Below are positions 32,777-43,668 of a DNA stretch of 64,000 bases, one piece after another. The notes under the pieces were generated by a model. The model worked only from the letters and a program-made list of their open reading frames with translations. It had not been told where the DNA came from and searched no databases. The first letter of the stretch is position 1. Each line of letters opens with the position of its first letter. Both the position numbers and the translations under genes were made by a program. This DNA is from Actinomycetota bacterium (GTDB taxonomy: Bacteria > Actinomycetota > Actinomycetes > S36-B12), in contig VGBL01000003.1 of assembly GCA_016870515.1 (NCBI GenBank), positions 103,430-167,429 on the forward strand, read 5' to 3'.

Positions 32777-32867
32777 GGAATGAGGATAGCGGACTCCCGC
32801 CACCGGGTCGACCAGGCCCGCCCCACCCCTCCCCGCGAGGGGCCATAGCCCTTGGCAGGATGCCGTC

Positions 32868-33716
32868 ATGGACGCCACCACCCTCGTGACGGTCGATGAG
32901 TTGCGCGACGCGCTGGGCTCGCCCGGCCTGGTCATCCTCGATGCTCGCTTCTCCCTCGACGACGAGGAGTGGGGCAGCCGTGCGTACCACGAGGGTCACA
33001 TCCTGGGGGCGACGCACGCCAACACCGCGACCCACCTGGCCGGCGAGATCATCCCGGGAGTCACCGGCAGGCGCCCCTTCCCCGACCCCGGCGTGTTCGC
33101 GCGTCAGCTCGGCGAGTGGGGCATCGACGAGTCGACTCAGGTAGTCGCCTACGACGCCGACGGCGGGCTCATGTCGGCCGCGCGCGTGTGGTTGATGCTG
33201 CGCTGGATGGGCCACGACCGAGTCGCCGTGCTCGACGGCGGATGGCAGGCCTGGGTGGACTCCGGGTCACCGATTGACTCCATCGTGCCAACGCCCACGC
33301 CCGCGCCCTTCACCGCGCGAGTGCGCCCCGACCTCCTCGCCGACGTCGACGAGGTCGACATCGCCCGGCAGCAGCCCCTCACCTGCGTCTTCGACTCACG
33401 TGGGGAGGAGGGGTATCACGGCCGAGGGGTCTACCACGATCCGGTGCGCGGCCACATCGCCGGAGCGGGCCTGGCCGATCGCGCCCACACCCTGACGCCC
33501 GACAAGCACTTCCGCTCCCCCGACGAATTGCGCGCCCACTACGACTCGCTCATCAGCGACCAGGCGCCCGACGACATCATCTTCTACTGCGGGTCGGGCA
33601 TCACGGCAGCGCAGAACGTGCTGGCCATGACTGTTGCCGGCCTACCGGGCTCGCGGATGTATGTCGGGTCGTGGAGCGAGTGGATCAACGATCCGAGGAG
33701 GCCGACCGAACTATGA
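32868..33716 (+). CDS. sseA: two-domain rhodanese, 3-mercaptopyruvate/thiosulfate sulfurtransferase type
   Basis: ...LVILDARFSL...YHEGHILGA...and catalytic loop IIFYCGSGITAAQ (CGSGxT, the MST-type loop). Confidence 0.8.
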   Translation: MDATTLVTVDELRDALGSPGLVILDARFSLDDEEWGSRAYHEGHILGATHANTATHLAGEIIPGVTGRRPFPDPGVFARQLGEWGIDESTQVVAYDADGGLMSAARVWLMLRWMGHDRVAVLDGGWQAWVDSGSPIDSIVPTPTPAPFTARVRPDLLADVDEVDIARQQPLTCVFDSRGEEGYHGRGVYHDPVRGHIAGAGLADRAHTLTPDKHFRSPDELRAHYDSLISDQAPDDIIFYCGSGITAAQNVLAMTVAGLPGSRMYVGSWSEWINDPRRPTEL

Positions 33717-34780
33717 GTCGCCCGTATCGCTTCGCGGTCATCGGCACCGGGTTCTTCGCGCAGAACCACCTGCACGCGTGGGCACAGATCCCCGACGTCG
33801 AGCTCGTCGCCGTCTGCGACACCGATCCCGAGCGACTGGCCGCGGCCGCGCGCGACTTCAGTGGCCGGCCGTACGCCGATGCCGCCGAGCTCTTCGCCAA
33901 CGAGGAACTCGACTTCGTCGACATCGCCACGACGCCCCCGACCCATCCGCAGATGGTTTTCCTCGCCGCGGAGCATGGGGTGCCGGCAATCTGCCAGAAG
34001 CCCCTGGCCTGGGACCTAGCCGACGCGCGAGCGATGGTCGAGGCCATGGAGGCCAAGGGCCTGCCCTTCATGGTGCACGAGAACTTTCGGTTCCAATACC
34101 CCATGCGACGCGTCAAGGAGGTGCTGGACGCCGGCACGATCGGGCGACCGTTCTTCGGCCGCTTCAGTTTCCGCAGCTTCCATGACTGCTACACGCCGCA
34201 GCCCTGGCTGCTCGACAGCGAGCGCATGATCATCGTCGACGTCGTGGTGCACCTGTTTGACCTGGCCCGCTTCTTCATCGGCGAGCCTGAGTCGCTCTAC
34301 GCCGAGGCCCTCAAGGTCAATCCGCGCATCATAGGCGAGGATGTCGCGACGGTGATGATGCGCATGCCGGGCGCCACTGCGATCGCTGACGCGAGCTATG
34401 AGACCTTCTCGAATCACTCAACCTACCCGCAGGCCTTCGTCACGATCGAGGGGACCCGGGGCGTCATCACCCTCGGGCCCGACTATCACCTCCAGGTCGT
34501 GTCCCACCCGGTCGACGTCGGCGACTCCGCGGCACGGATGACCGGTGCCGTGGTCTTCGACGAGGACCTGCAGATCCCCGAGCACGCCTGGGCGTCGCGG
34601 CCGTGGCACGGCATCCAGGACAGCGTCGTGGCGCTGCAGCGCCACTGGGTCGAATGTCTGCGCACCGGGCGCACTCCCGAGACGAGCGGCGCGGACACGC
34701 TGCGCACTATGGAGCTCACCCTCGGCGCCTACGAGTCCCTCGCCACGGGCCAGCCCTATCGGGTGGGCAGCTCCGCGTGA
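33713..34780 (+). CDS. Gfo/Idh/MocA family NAD(P)-dependent oxidoreductase
   Basis: MSRPYRFAVIGTGFFAQNHLHAW...VAVCD...ICQKPLA. ATGA overlap with the sseA stop. Confidence 0.85.
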   Translation: MSRPYRFAVIGTGFFAQNHLHAWAQIPDVELVAVCDTDPERLAAAARDFSGRPYADAAELFANEELDFVDIATTPPTHPQMVFLAAEHGVPAICQKPLAWDLADARAMVEAMEAKGLPFMVHENFRFQYPMRRVKEVLDAGTIGRPFFGRFSFRSFHDCYTPQPWLLDSERMIIVDVVVHLFDLARFFIGEPESLYAEALKVNPRIIGEDVATVMMRMPGATAIADASYETFSNHSTYPQAFVTIEGTRGVITLGPDYHLQVVSHPVDVGDSAARMTGAVVFDEDLQIPEHAWASRPWHGIQDSVVALQRHWVECLRTGRTPETSGADTLRTMELTLGAYESLATGQPYRVGSSA

Positions 34781-36534
34781 CCGCTGTCATCCCCCTCTGT
34801 GCCGGTCCCCTGCGGCTGGACTACGACTCCGGCGACCTGCGCGCTATCCGGCTCGGCGGCCTGGAGATCGTCCGGCGCATCTATGTCGTCTTCCAGGACC
34901 GCAACTGGACGGCGCGGCCATGGATCATCGAGGACGAGATCATCGAGTCACGAGGCGATGGCTTCGCCATCGCGCTCCACGCGCGAGGCACATTCGATGC
35001 GTCGGCCTTCACGTGGTCGGCCGAGATCACCGGCGCCCCCGACGGCACCATTCGCTACGCCATCGACGGCGCCACCACCGATCCGTTCCTGCGTAATCGA
35101 CTCGGCCTGTGCGTCCTGCATCCCATGGACGGCTTTGCCGGACGCGCATGCACGATCACGGCCCCCGATGGCAGCGTGACATCGTCGGCCTTCCCGGACG
35201 AGATCTCCCCGCATCAGCCCTTCCGGGATATCCGTGCCATGGAGTACCCCGCCACGCCGGGATCTCTCGTGCGGGTCGAATTCGATGGCGAGATCTTCGA
35301 GACCGAGGACCATCGCAACTGGAGCGACGCGTCTTACAAGACCTACTGCACGCCCATCTCCCTGCCCTTCCCCGCCCAGGTGCGGCCGGGCGATGAGATC
35401 GGGCAGTCGGTCACGATCACCGTCAGCGGAGAGATGCCTGCGCCCGTCGACCCACCCGACGTCGTGACGGTGACGGTCTCCGCGGATCAGGTCGCCCTTC
35501 CCGCGATCGGCACCCAGGCCACAGACCTGCCGTGGAGCGATACCGAGATCGCCGCCGTGCGGGCTCTCCACCTCGACCACCTCATGGTCAGCGTGACCGG
35601 CGATGCGAACCCCACCGAGACGCTGCGCCTGGCCGTCGACGTCGCGCAGGCGACGGGCACCCGACTGCGCGTGCGACTGGCCGACGTCGAGGACTACGCG
35701 TCACTGCGCGAGGCAGTGAGCGCGGTCGCCCCCTTCGCCGACTCCTGGATGGTCGTCAGGTCGGACGAGAAGGTGACGTCTGTCGCATCGCTCGAGGCAG
35801 CCCAGGACGCCCTGGGTCGCCAACTGCCGTGGAGCGCCGGCACCGATCGCTACTTCACCGAGATCAATCGCCAGCCGCCGGACACCTACGGCGCGACCTG
35901 GCTGTCCTTCGCGCTCAACCCCCAGGTGCATGCGGCCGACGACCGCTCGATCCTGCAGAGCACCGCGAGCCAGGAGGTCATTGCCCGCAACGCGCCGCGC
36001 GTGGCGAACGCCGCTCGGATCGCGGTCGGCCCCGTCAGCCTGCGTCCGCGCTACAACCCCAATGCGACAGATCCCGCGGCTGATCCCAGCAACACGGCAC
36101 TGCCGTCGTCGGTGGATGCCCGGCAGCGTACCTGGCTCGGGGCGGCCTGGACCGCCCTGTCGCTGCGCGGACTGGCGCAAGCGGGCACGATCGACAGCGT
36201 CACCTACTTCGAGGCGCTCGGCTGGCGCGGCCTTCGCGAACGCGACACCGGGTCAGTGGACCCCGCGGCATTCCCCTCGCAGCCCGGCGAGGAATTCCCC
36301 GTCTACGCGTTGCTGCGCGATCTCGTCGGCTACGACCTCCTGCATCCCTCGCGTTCGGATCAACCGGAGGTGGCCGACGCGCTCGTGGTGAACGGCGCAC
36401 CCGGCCCGCGGGCGTTTGTCGCCAACCTGTCGGCACAAGCGCAGACAATCCTGCTGGAGGGAGCGATCTCTGCCACGATCGAGGCTGACCCGATGAGCCT
36501 GAGCGTCATCGACCTGCCCGGGAGGACCGCGTGA
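34777..36534 (+). CDS. hypothetical 585-aa protein (no family recognised)
   Basis: GTGA overlaps at both ends (34777-34780 and 36531-34) and high GC3 throughout. Contains ...FETEDHRNWSDASYKTYCTP... The track's 58-aa N-terminal extension lies inside the preceding gene. Confidence 0.7.
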   Translation: MTAVIPLCAGPLRLDYDSGDLRAIRLGGLEIVRRIYVVFQDRNWTARPWIIEDEIIESRGDGFAIALHARGTFDASAFTWSAEITGAPDGTIRYAIDGATTDPFLRNRLGLCVLHPMDGFAGRACTITAPDGSVTSSAFPDEISPHQPFRDIRAMEYPATPGSLVRVEFDGEIFETEDHRNWSDASYKTYCTPISLPFPAQVRPGDEIGQSVTITVSGEMPAPVDPPDVVTVTVSADQVALPAIGTQATDLPWSDTEIAAVRALHLDHLMVSVTGDANPTETLRLAVDVAQATGTRLRVRLADVEDYASLREAVSAVAPFADSWMVVRSDEKVTSVASLEAAQDALGRQLPWSAGTDRYFTEINRQPPDTYGATWLSFALNPQVHAADDRSILQSTASQEVIARNAPRVANAARIAVGPVSLRPRYNPNATDPAADPSNTALPSSVDARQRTWLGAAWTALSLRGLAQAGTIDSVTYFEALGWRGLRERDTGSVDPAAFPSQPGEEFPVYALLRDLVGYDLLHPSRSDQPEVADALVVNGAPGPRAFVANLSAQAQTILLEGAISATIEADPMSLSVIDLPGRTA

Positions 36535-37322
36535 CCGACCCCCTGTTCGATCTCGACGGCCGCGCCGTCCTCATCACCGGCGCGGGGGGCGCCATCGGCT
36601 CCACGATTGCCCAGGCACTCGCCGCCCGGGGCACACGCTTGGTCGTCCAGGACATCAGCGCCGACAAGCTCGCTCCCCTGCAGGAGTCGATCAGCGCGGT
36701 CGGAGGGCACGCCCAGACGCTGGTCGCCGACCTATCGGATGCCGACACGGCCGGGGACGTCGTTCGGACCGCCCAGGCAACACTCGGCGGCCTCGACGTG
36801 CTCATCAACAGCGCCGGGATCAATCGCCGCAAGCCCATCGACGACGTCACCCCCGACGACTTCGACGCCATCGTGGCGGTCAACCTGCGCGCTGTCTACT
36901 TCGCCAGCCAGGCCGCGCACCCCATCATGAGGGCTGCCGGCGGCGGCAGCATCGTCAACCTGAGCTCGCTCAGCGCGCGCTTCAGCTTCACCACGATCTC
37001 GGTGTACGCCGCGACTAAGGCGGGCGTCACCTCGCTCACACGAAGTTGCGCGCGCGAGTGGGCGCGCGATGGCGTGCGGGTCAACTGCCTGGAGCCCTTC
37101 GTCATCAAGACCGAGTTCACCAAGCCCCTATGGGGCGAGGACCACCGGCAGCGGTGGTTCGACCACGTCACGCCGATGGGCCGCCTCGGCAGCCCCGTCG
37201 AACTCGTAGGTGCCGTGGTCTTCCTGGCCAGCGACGCCTCATCGTGGATGACCGGGCAGTCACTGGTGATCGATGGCGGCCTGACCACCGGTGCCGATTG
37301 GGACGCCTACCGCGACATGTGA
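36531..37322 (+). CDS. short-chain dehydrogenase/reductase (SDR)
   Basis: VLITGAGGAIGSTIA...NSAG...SSLSARF...YAATKAG (YxxxK). Confidence 0.88.
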   Translation: MTDPLFDLDGRAVLITGAGGAIGSTIAQALAARGTRLVVQDISADKLAPLQESISAVGGHAQTLVADLSDADTAGDVVRTAQATLGGLDVLINSAGINRRKPIDDVTPDDFDAIVAVNLRAVYFASQAAHPIMRAAGGGSIVNLSSLSARFSFTTISVYAATKAGVTSLTRSCAREWARDGVRVNCLEPFVIKTEFTKPLWGEDHRQRWFDHVTPMGRLGSPVELVGAVVFLASDASSWMTGQSLVIDGGLTTGADWDAYRDM

Positions 37323-37328
37323 CGCCGG

Positions 37329-38003
37329 CTACTCCACGCGCACGATGGTCGCTGTGCCACCACGGACCTCAATGATGACGGTGTTGGCCTGCTCGAGGTT
37401 GGGGCATTGCACGGGGCCTCGCCCGTAGACTGAAACGTCGCCTTCCATGGTGCCCTCCATCGACACGATGGGGCCGCCGTAGCTGCACTCGTTGTCGAAG
37501 TTGACGCGACGCTCGGGCGACATGAGGTACTGGCCATCGGCCAGGCCGGTGCGGGTGTTGATGGTCGGATCTAGGGTAGATGCGACCTGGGCGAAGATCC
37601 CGATGCCGAGTGCGGCCAGTACCGCCAAGACGATGCCGCCGATGATGGAGGCGGCTATGTTGATCCACGCGATGATGCGCGTCGCCGTGTTGATGCCCGC
37701 GCCACTCAGGGTTCCGCCCGACGCCTTGATCTCCTTATCGGACGACCGCGCGAGCAGGAGCGCCACGATGGCGGCGATCAGCGGGCACAGCATCCACGAC
37801 AGGATGGCCAGGACGAGACCGACGATGGCGTTGGTCGACGTCGGCGGGGTCGCCCCCGGCGCGCTGGCAGGCGCGGGGGTCGACGCCACCAGGGCAGTCG
37901 GTGCCGCGGCCGACCACGATGACCCGTCCCAGAAGCGTTGCTGGCCAGGATTTTGTGGATCGGGATACCACCCCGCAGGCACGCTGGGTGTCCGTTCGCT
38001 CAT
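37329..38003 (-). CDS. DUF2510 + DUF4190-like membrane protein
   Basis: GWYPDPQNPGQQRFWDGSSW N-terminal motif, a Pro/Ala linker, two to three TM helices and a C-terminal extracytoplasmic domain. Confidence 0.7.
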   Translation of the reverse strand: MSERTPSVPAGWYPDPQNPGQQRFWDGSSWSAAAPTALVASTPAPASAPGATPPTSTNAIVGLVLAILSWMLCPLIAAIVALLLARSSDKEIKASGGTLSGAGINTATRIIAWINIAASIIGGIVLAVLAALGIGIFAQVASTLDPTINTRTGLADGQYLMSPERRVNFDNECSYGGPIVSMEGTMEGDVSVYGRGPVQCPNLEQANTVIIEVRGGTATIVRVE

Positions 38004-38062
38004 GGCACAGCACCCTAATAGCCCGCTCGGTCATCCACAGCGATCGGGTGGTCAAACGACGC

Positions 38063-39760
38063 TCAGTCGCAGATTGCTCCCCGGGAGGCCGAGCCGACAA
38101 GACGGGCGTATTTGGCGAGCACGCCTCGGTCATAGCGCAGGGGCAGCGGTGTGAAGCCGGCACGACGGCGTGCGAGTTCGTCGTCGTCAACCAGCAGATC
38201 GAGTGTGCGCTCCTTGACATCGATGCGCACGCGATCGCCACTGCGCATGAGACCGATCGGACCGCCATCGACCGCCTCGGGAGAGACGTGCCCGACGCAC
38301 AGTCCGGTCGTGCCGCCGGAGAAGCGGCCGTCGGTGATGAGCAGGACGTCCTTGCCGAGGCCTGCACCCTTGATGGCGCCGGTGATCATCAGCATCTCGC
38401 GCATGCCAGGACCGCCCTTGGGGCCCTCGTAGCGAATAATGATCACGTCACCCGCCTGTATCGTGCCGTCCTCGAGGGCCGCCATGGCCGCCTGCTCGCG
38501 CTCGAAGACTCGGGCAACACCCTCGAACGCCTCGACCGGCACGCCGGCGTTCTTCACCACGGCGCCCTCGGGCGCCAGGGATCCCGACAGGATCGTGATG
38601 CCCCCACTGGCGGCGAGGGCATCGTTGGACGCATGCAGGATCTGGCCGTCCGGATCGGGCGGGTTGATGGCCGCCAGGTTTTCCGCCATCGTCTTGCCGG
38701 TCACCGTGAGGCAGTCGCCGTGAAGCAGGCCGGCGTCGAGGAGTGCGCGCAGCACCACCGGAATGCCGCCCACGCGGTCGACATCGCTCATGACATAGCG
38801 GCCGAAGGGCTTCAGATCAGCAAGCAGCGGCACCTTGGAGCCCACCCGGTGGAAGTCCTCCATCTCGAGAGGCACTCCTGCCTCGTGGGCGATGGCGAGC
38901 AGGTGCAGGACAGCGTTGGTGGAGCCACCGAGCGCCATGACGACGGTGATCGAGTTTTCGAGCGAGTGGCGCGTGATGATGTCGCGCGCGGTGATGCCCT
39001 GGCGGATGAGTTCGACCACGGCCTCGCCGGATCGGCGGGCGTAGCCGTCGCGACGACGATCGACCGCGGGGGGTGCCGATGAGCCGGGCAGCGACATGCC
39101 CATGGCCTCGATGGCGCTGGCCATGGTGTTAGCGGTGTACATGCCGCCGCACGCACCCTCGCCGGGACAGATGGCCCGCTCGATGGTGTCGACGTCCTCG
39201 CGTGACATCAGGCCTCTCGCACATGCGCCAACGGCCTCGAAGGCGTCGATGATGGTGACGTCCTTCTCCGTGCCGTCGCTGAGCTTGACGTGGCCGGGCA
39301 GGATCGACCCGGCGTAGACGAAGACGCTCGCGAGGTTGAGGCGCGCGGCCGCCATGATCATGCCGGGCAGACTCTTATCGCACCCGGCGAAGGTGACCAT
39401 GCCATCGAGGCGCTCGGCCTGCATGACAGCCTCGACCGAGTCGGCGATGATTTCGCGGCTGACCAGCGAGAAGTGCATGCCCTCGTGGCCCATGGAGATG
39501 CCGTCGGAGACCGAGATGGTGCCGAACTGCATGGGAAAGCCGCCGGCCGCGTGCACACCCTCCTTGGCCGCCTTGGCAAGGCGATCCAGCGAGAGGTTGC
39601 AGGGCGTGATCTCGTTCCACGAGGAGGCGATGCCGATCTGCGGCTTGGCGAAGTCCTCGTCGACCATGCCAACGGCGCGGAGCATGCCGCGAGCAGCGGA
39701 ACGCTCGAGACCGTCGGTGACCTCACGGCTGCGGGGTTTCATGTCGGGTGTCTGGGCCAT
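38063..39760 (-). CDS. ilvD: dihydroxy-acid dehydratase
   Basis: ...[17 protein letters not shown]...[15 protein letters not shown]...[16 protein letters not shown]... Confidence 0.95.
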   Translation of the reverse strand: MAQTPDMKPRSREVTDGLERSAARGMLRAVGMVDEDFAKPQIGIASSWNEITPCNLSLDRLAKAAKEGVHAAGGFPMQFGTISVSDGISMGHEGMHFSLVSREIIADSVEAVMQAERLDGMVTFAGCDKSLPGMIMAAARLNLASVFVYAGSILPGHVKLSDGTEKDVTIIDAFEAVGACARGLMSREDVDTIERAICPGEGACGGMYTANTMASAIEAMGMSLPGSSAPPAVDRRRDGYARRSGEAVVELIRQGITARDIITRHSLENSITVVMALGGSTNAVLHLLAIAHEAGVPLEMEDFHRVGSKVPLLADLKPFGRYVMSDVDRVGGIPVVLRALLDAGLLHGDCLTVTGKTMAENLAAINPPDPDGQILHASNDALAASGGITILSGSLAPEGAVVKNAGVPVEAFEGVARVFEREQAAMAALEDGTIQAGDVIIIRYEGPKGGPGMREMLMITGAIKGAGLGKDVLLITDGRFSGGTTGLCVGHVSPEAVDGGPIGLMRSGDRVRIDVKERTLDLLVDDDELARRRAGFTPLPLRYDRGVLAKYARLVGSASRGAICD

Positions 39761-39769
39761 GCCGCCAGC

Positions 39770-40645
39770 CTAGGACACAATGACATTGCGCAGCGGGTCC
39801 CCCGACTGCCAGCGCTGCACCTGGTCGGTCACCAGATGCCCCACGCGCGGCAGGAACGCGCTGGTGTTGCCGCCCACGTGCGGGCTGATGAAGACCCCCG
39901 GCGCGCGCCAAAGCGGGTGATCGGCCGGCAGCGGCTCGGGGTCGGTGACGTCGAGGGCGAAGTTCAGACGGCCAGCCTCGGTCAGCATCGCATCGGTGTC
40001 GACGATGCCACCGCGGGCGACATTGACCAACAGCGCGCCGTCCTTCATGCGCGACAGGAATCCCGCATTGACCATGCATCGCGAGGAGTTGTCCAGCGGC
40101 AGCGCGAGTACGACGACATCGGCCTCCAGGATGAGGTCATCGAGGTCGTCGCGGGCGCGTACGCCGTCGCGCGCCGTACGCCCGACGAGGACGACATCGC
40201 ACTCGAAGCCCTCGAGTCGTCGCCGGAGCGCCTGGCCGATGCCGCCGGCGCCCACGACCACGACCGACTTGTCGGCCAGGGCATCGAAGCGATCGTGCAG
40301 GAACTCCCCCCGCGGCATGGCGCGGGCCATGTCATCCAGGCGGCGCAGCCGGGTCAGGATGAGGCCCACGGCGAGCTCCGCCGTGCTCGCATCGTGGATG
40401 CCCGCGCCGTTGCACAGCGTGACGCCCGCGGGCACCCAGGGGAGCGCATGCTCGTAGCCGGCCGTCGGAAGCTGGCAGACCTCCAGGTGGGGCAGGCCTC
40501 GCATGACCTCGAAGGCCCACTCCCCCGCCATGTAGGACGGCACGTAGAAGCGCGCCTCGCGGATCGGCGCCGTGTCACCGCCGTCCCAGACGGTCAGCTC
40601 GGGGACGTCGACGTAGTCGGCAATCTCACCCGGGACCACGATCAA
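39770..40645 (-). CDS. D-isomer-specific 2-hydroxyacid dehydrogenase family protein
   Basis: VVVVGAGGIGQALRRRL...NVARGGIVDTDA...DVTDPEPLPADHPLW...SPHVGG. Confidence 0.8.
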   Translation of the reverse strand: MIVVPGEIADYVDVPELTVWDGGDTAPIREARFYVPSYMAGEWAFEVMRGLPHLEVCQLPTAGYEHALPWVPAGVTLCNGAGIHDASTAELAVGLILTRLRRLDDMARAMPRGEFLHDRFDALADKSVVVVGAGGIGQALRRRLEGFECDVVLVGRTARDGVRARDDLDDLILEADVVVLALPLDNSSRCMVNAGFLSRMKDGALLVNVARGGIVDTDAMLTEAGRLNFALDVTDPEPLPADHPLWRAPGVFISPHVGGNTSAFLPRVGHLVTDQVQRWQSGDPLRNVIVS

Positions 40646-40648
40646 GCG

Positions 40649-42163
40649 CTACTCCGAGACGCCGAGGCGCTCCAGCAGCAGCGCGCGCACCTTGGCCGCA
40701 TCGGCCTGACCCCGCGTCGACTTCATGACCGCGCCCACGATCGCGCCGGCGGCCTGCACTTTGCCCGAGCGGATCTTCTCTGTCACGTCGGGCTGCGCCG
40801 CGAGGGCCTCGTCGATCGCGGCCAGCAGAGCGCCGTCGTCGGACACCACGGCAAGGCCGCGCGCGGTGACCACGTCGTCGGGTGCTCCCTCGCCCGCGAG
40901 CACTCCCTCGAAAACCTGGCGGGCGAGCTTGTCATTGATGGCCCCGGACGCGATCAGTTCCTCGACGCGCAGGATGTCGCCGTGTGAGACGGACAGTGTG
41001 GCCACGTCGACCCCCCGCTCATTGGCCACGCGTGTGAGCTCGCCGCCCCACCACTTGCGAGCGGCCTCGGGGGCGACCCCCGCGGCGACCGATTCCTCGA
41101 CCAGGTCGAGCACGCCGGCATGGACCAGGGCCTGCATGTCGAAGTCGCTGATGCCCCATGCCTGCGCGAGACGCGCGCGACGCGCACTGGGCTGCTCCGG
41201 CAGTGTGGCCCGCAGCTCATCGACCCATTCACGAGACGGCGCGATGGGCACAAGGTCGGGCTCGGGGAAGTAGCGGTAGTCCTCGGCGTGCTCCTTCGAG
41301 CGACCCGGGGTCGTCACACCGGTGTCCTCGTGCAAGTGACGTGTCTCCTGCACCACGCGGTCGCCGGCAAGCAGCACGGCGGCCTGTCGCTCGATCTCCG
41401 ATCTCACCGCGCGTTCCACCGAGCGCAGGGAGTTGACATTTTTAGTCTCCGAACGCGTGCCCCACTCGGCGCCCGGGCGATTGAGGGACACGTTGGCATC
41501 ACAGCGCAGCGACCCTTCCTCCATCTTGACGTCCGAGACACCGAGCCCGCGCATGATGTCGCGCAGCTCAGTCACGTAGGCGCGGGCGACGGCAGGCGCG
41601 AGCGCCCCGGTGCCGACCACGGGCTTGGTGACGATCTCGACCAGTGGAATGCCCGCGCGGTTGTAGTCGACCAGGGAGTAGTCCGCGCCGTGGATGCGGC
41701 CGGTCGCACCGCCCGCATGCGTGAGCTTGCCGGTGTCCTCTTCCATGTGGACGCGCTCGATATCGACGCGGAACACGCGGGGGCCTTCATCGGTGTCGAC
41801 GGTCACGTCGAGGTAGCCGTTGATGCAGATCGGCTCGTCGTACTGGCTGACCTGGTAGTCCTTGGGCATGTCGGGGTAGAAGTAGTTCTTGCGCGCCATA
41901 CGGCACCACTCGACGATGTCGCAGTTGAGCGCCAGCCCTATGCGGATGATCGACTCGATCGCCTTGGCGTTGGCAACGGGCAGCGAGCCTGGGAGGCCGA
42001 GGCACACCGGGCAGACCTGGGTGTTGGGCTCGGCGCCGAAGTCGGTAGGACAGCCGCAGAACATCTTGGTGCGCGTGCCGAGCTCGACGTGCACCTCAAG
42101 GCCGATGACCGGATCGAATGTCGCGATGGCGTCGTCGAAGGGGATGGGCGTTACCGTGCTCAT
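40649..42163 (-). CDS. gatB: Asp/Glu-tRNA amidotransferase subunit B
   Basis: [24 protein letters not shown]... Confidence 0.95.
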   Translation of the reverse strand: MSTVTPIPFDDAIATFDPVIGLEVHVELGTRTKMFCGCPTDFGAEPNTQVCPVCLGLPGSLPVANAKAIESIIRIGLALNCDIVEWCRMARKNYFYPDMPKDYQVSQYDEPICINGYLDVTVDTDEGPRVFRVDIERVHMEEDTGKLTHAGGATGRIHGADYSLVDYNRAGIPLVEIVTKPVVGTGALAPAVARAYVTELRDIMRGLGVSDVKMEEGSLRCDANVSLNRPGAEWGTRSETKNVNSLRSVERAVRSEIERQAAVLLAGDRVVQETRHLHEDTGVTTPGRSKEHAEDYRYFPEPDLVPIAPSREWVDELRATLPEQPSARRARLAQAWGISDFDMQALVHAGVLDLVEESVAAGVAPEAARKWWGGELTRVANERGVDVATLSVSHGDILRVEELIASGAINDKLARQVFEGVLAGEGAPDDVVTARGLAVVSDDGALLAAIDEALAAQPDVTEKIRSGKVQAAGAIVGAVMKSTRGQADAAKVRALLLERLGVSE

Positions 42164-43668
42164 AGGGCCGGCACCTCCTCGATCAGCAGATGACCCCAGC
42201 GATCGCGCAGGGCCGCCTCGAGTGCGCCGCCCACGAGGTAGAGGCGATCGTCTGCCTGCGGCGGAACCATGACCTGCAGCCCGACCGGCAGCCCGTCTTC
42301 GGGCGCCAGGCCGACCGGCAACGACATCGCGCAGTTGCCGGCGAGGTTGACGGGGATGGTGGCGATGTCGTTGAGGTACATCGCCAACGGGTCGTCGACC
42401 TTCTCGCCGATGCGGAATGCCGTCGTCGGGGTGGTGGGCGACACCAGCACGTCGACATCGGCAAAGGCCTGGGCGAAGTCACGCTGGATCAGCGTGCGCA
42501 CCTTCTGCGCCTGGCCGTAGTATGCGGCGTAGTAGCCACTCGACAGGGCGTAAGTGCCCAGCATGATGCGGCGCTTGACCTCGGCACCGAAGCCCGCCTC
42601 GCGCGTCAGCGACATGACCTCCTCGACGGAGCGATCGGCGTCGTCGCCCACACGCAGGCCGTAGCGCATGCCGTCGAACCGGGCGAGGTTGGATGAACAC
42701 TCGCTGGGAAGGATTAGGTAGTAGGCGCCGAGCGCGTAGTCGAAGTGCGGGCATGACACCTCGACGACTTCGGCCCCGAGGTCCTCCAGGATCGCCACCG
42801 CCTCGCGGAAACGCTGCTCGACACCCGCCTGATAGCCCTCTCCCGACAGTTCCTTGACCAGGCCGATGCGCATGCCGCGCACGTCGGCACGTTCGGCGGC
42901 CGCGACGACATCGGGCACAGGGGCGTTGATCGAGGTGGAGTCGCGCGGGTCATATCCGCCGATCACCGACTGCAGGAGCGCCGCGTCCATGACCGTGCGC
43001 GTGCACGGTCCGGCCTGGTCGAGGCTCGAGGCAAGCGCGACGAGCCCGAAGCGGGAGACGCCGCCGTAGGTGGGCTTGACGCCGACCGTGCCGGTGACCG
43101 CCGCGGGCTGGCGGATGGAGCCGCCCGTGTCGGTGCCGATGGCCAGGGGTGCCTCGAAGGAGGCGATCGCCGCCGCGGAGCCGCCCCCGGATCCGCCGGG
43201 GATGCGTTCGAGGTCCCACGGATTGTGCGTCGGTCCGTATGCGGAGTGCTCGGTCGACGAGCCCATGGCGAACTCGTCCATGTTGGTCTTGCCCAGGATG
43301 ATCACGCCCGCCGCGCGCAGTCGCTCGACAACGGTCGCGTCGTAGGGAGGGCGCCAGCCCTCGAGGATGCGCGAGCCGCACGTGGTGGGCACGCCCTTCA
43401 TCGCGAGCACGTCCTTCAACGCGAGCGGTACGCCGGCCAGCGGGCTGCGGCGTATGCCCTCAGCGATCTCCGCATCGACAGCATCGGCGGCGGCGAGCGC
43501 GCCGTCGGTGTCGACGTACAGGAAGGCGTGCACGCGATCATCGACCTGGGCGATGCGATCGAGGTGGGCCTTGGTCACCTCGCGTGCCGACACCTCTCGC
43601 GCGGCAATGGCGTCGCCGAGGACGGCGGCGGGCTGCCGGATGAGGTCAGCCTCCATGGCGGCGCTCAC
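42160..43668 (-). CDS. gatA: Asp/Glu-tRNA amidotransferase subunit A
   Basis: Amidase signature ...[12 protein letters not shown]...; 4-nt overlaps with gatB and gatC. Confidence 0.95.
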   Translation of the reverse strand: MSAAMEADLIRQPAAVLGDAIAAREVSAREVTKAHLDRIAQVDDRVHAFLYVDTDGALAAADAVDAEIAEGIRRSPLAGVPLALKDVLAMKGVPTTCGSRILEGWRPPYDATVVERLRAAGVIILGKTNMDEFAMGSSTEHSAYGPTHNPWDLERIPGGSGGGSAAAIASFEAPLAIGTDTGGSIRQPAAVTGTVGVKPTYGGVSRFGLVALASSLDQAGPCTRTVMDAALLQSVIGGYDPRDSTSINAPVPDVVAAAERADVRGMRIGLVKELSGEGYQAGVEQRFREAVAILEDLGAEVVEVSCPHFDYALGAYYLILPSECSSNLARFDGMRYGLRVGDDADRSVEEVMSLTREAGFGAEVKRRIMLGTYALSSGYYAAYYGQAQKVRTLIQRDFAQAFADVDVLVSPTTPTTAFRIGEKVDDPLAMYLNDIATIPVNLAGNCAMSLPVGLAPEDGLPVGLQVMVPPQADDRLYLVGGALEAALRDRWGHLLIEEVPAL

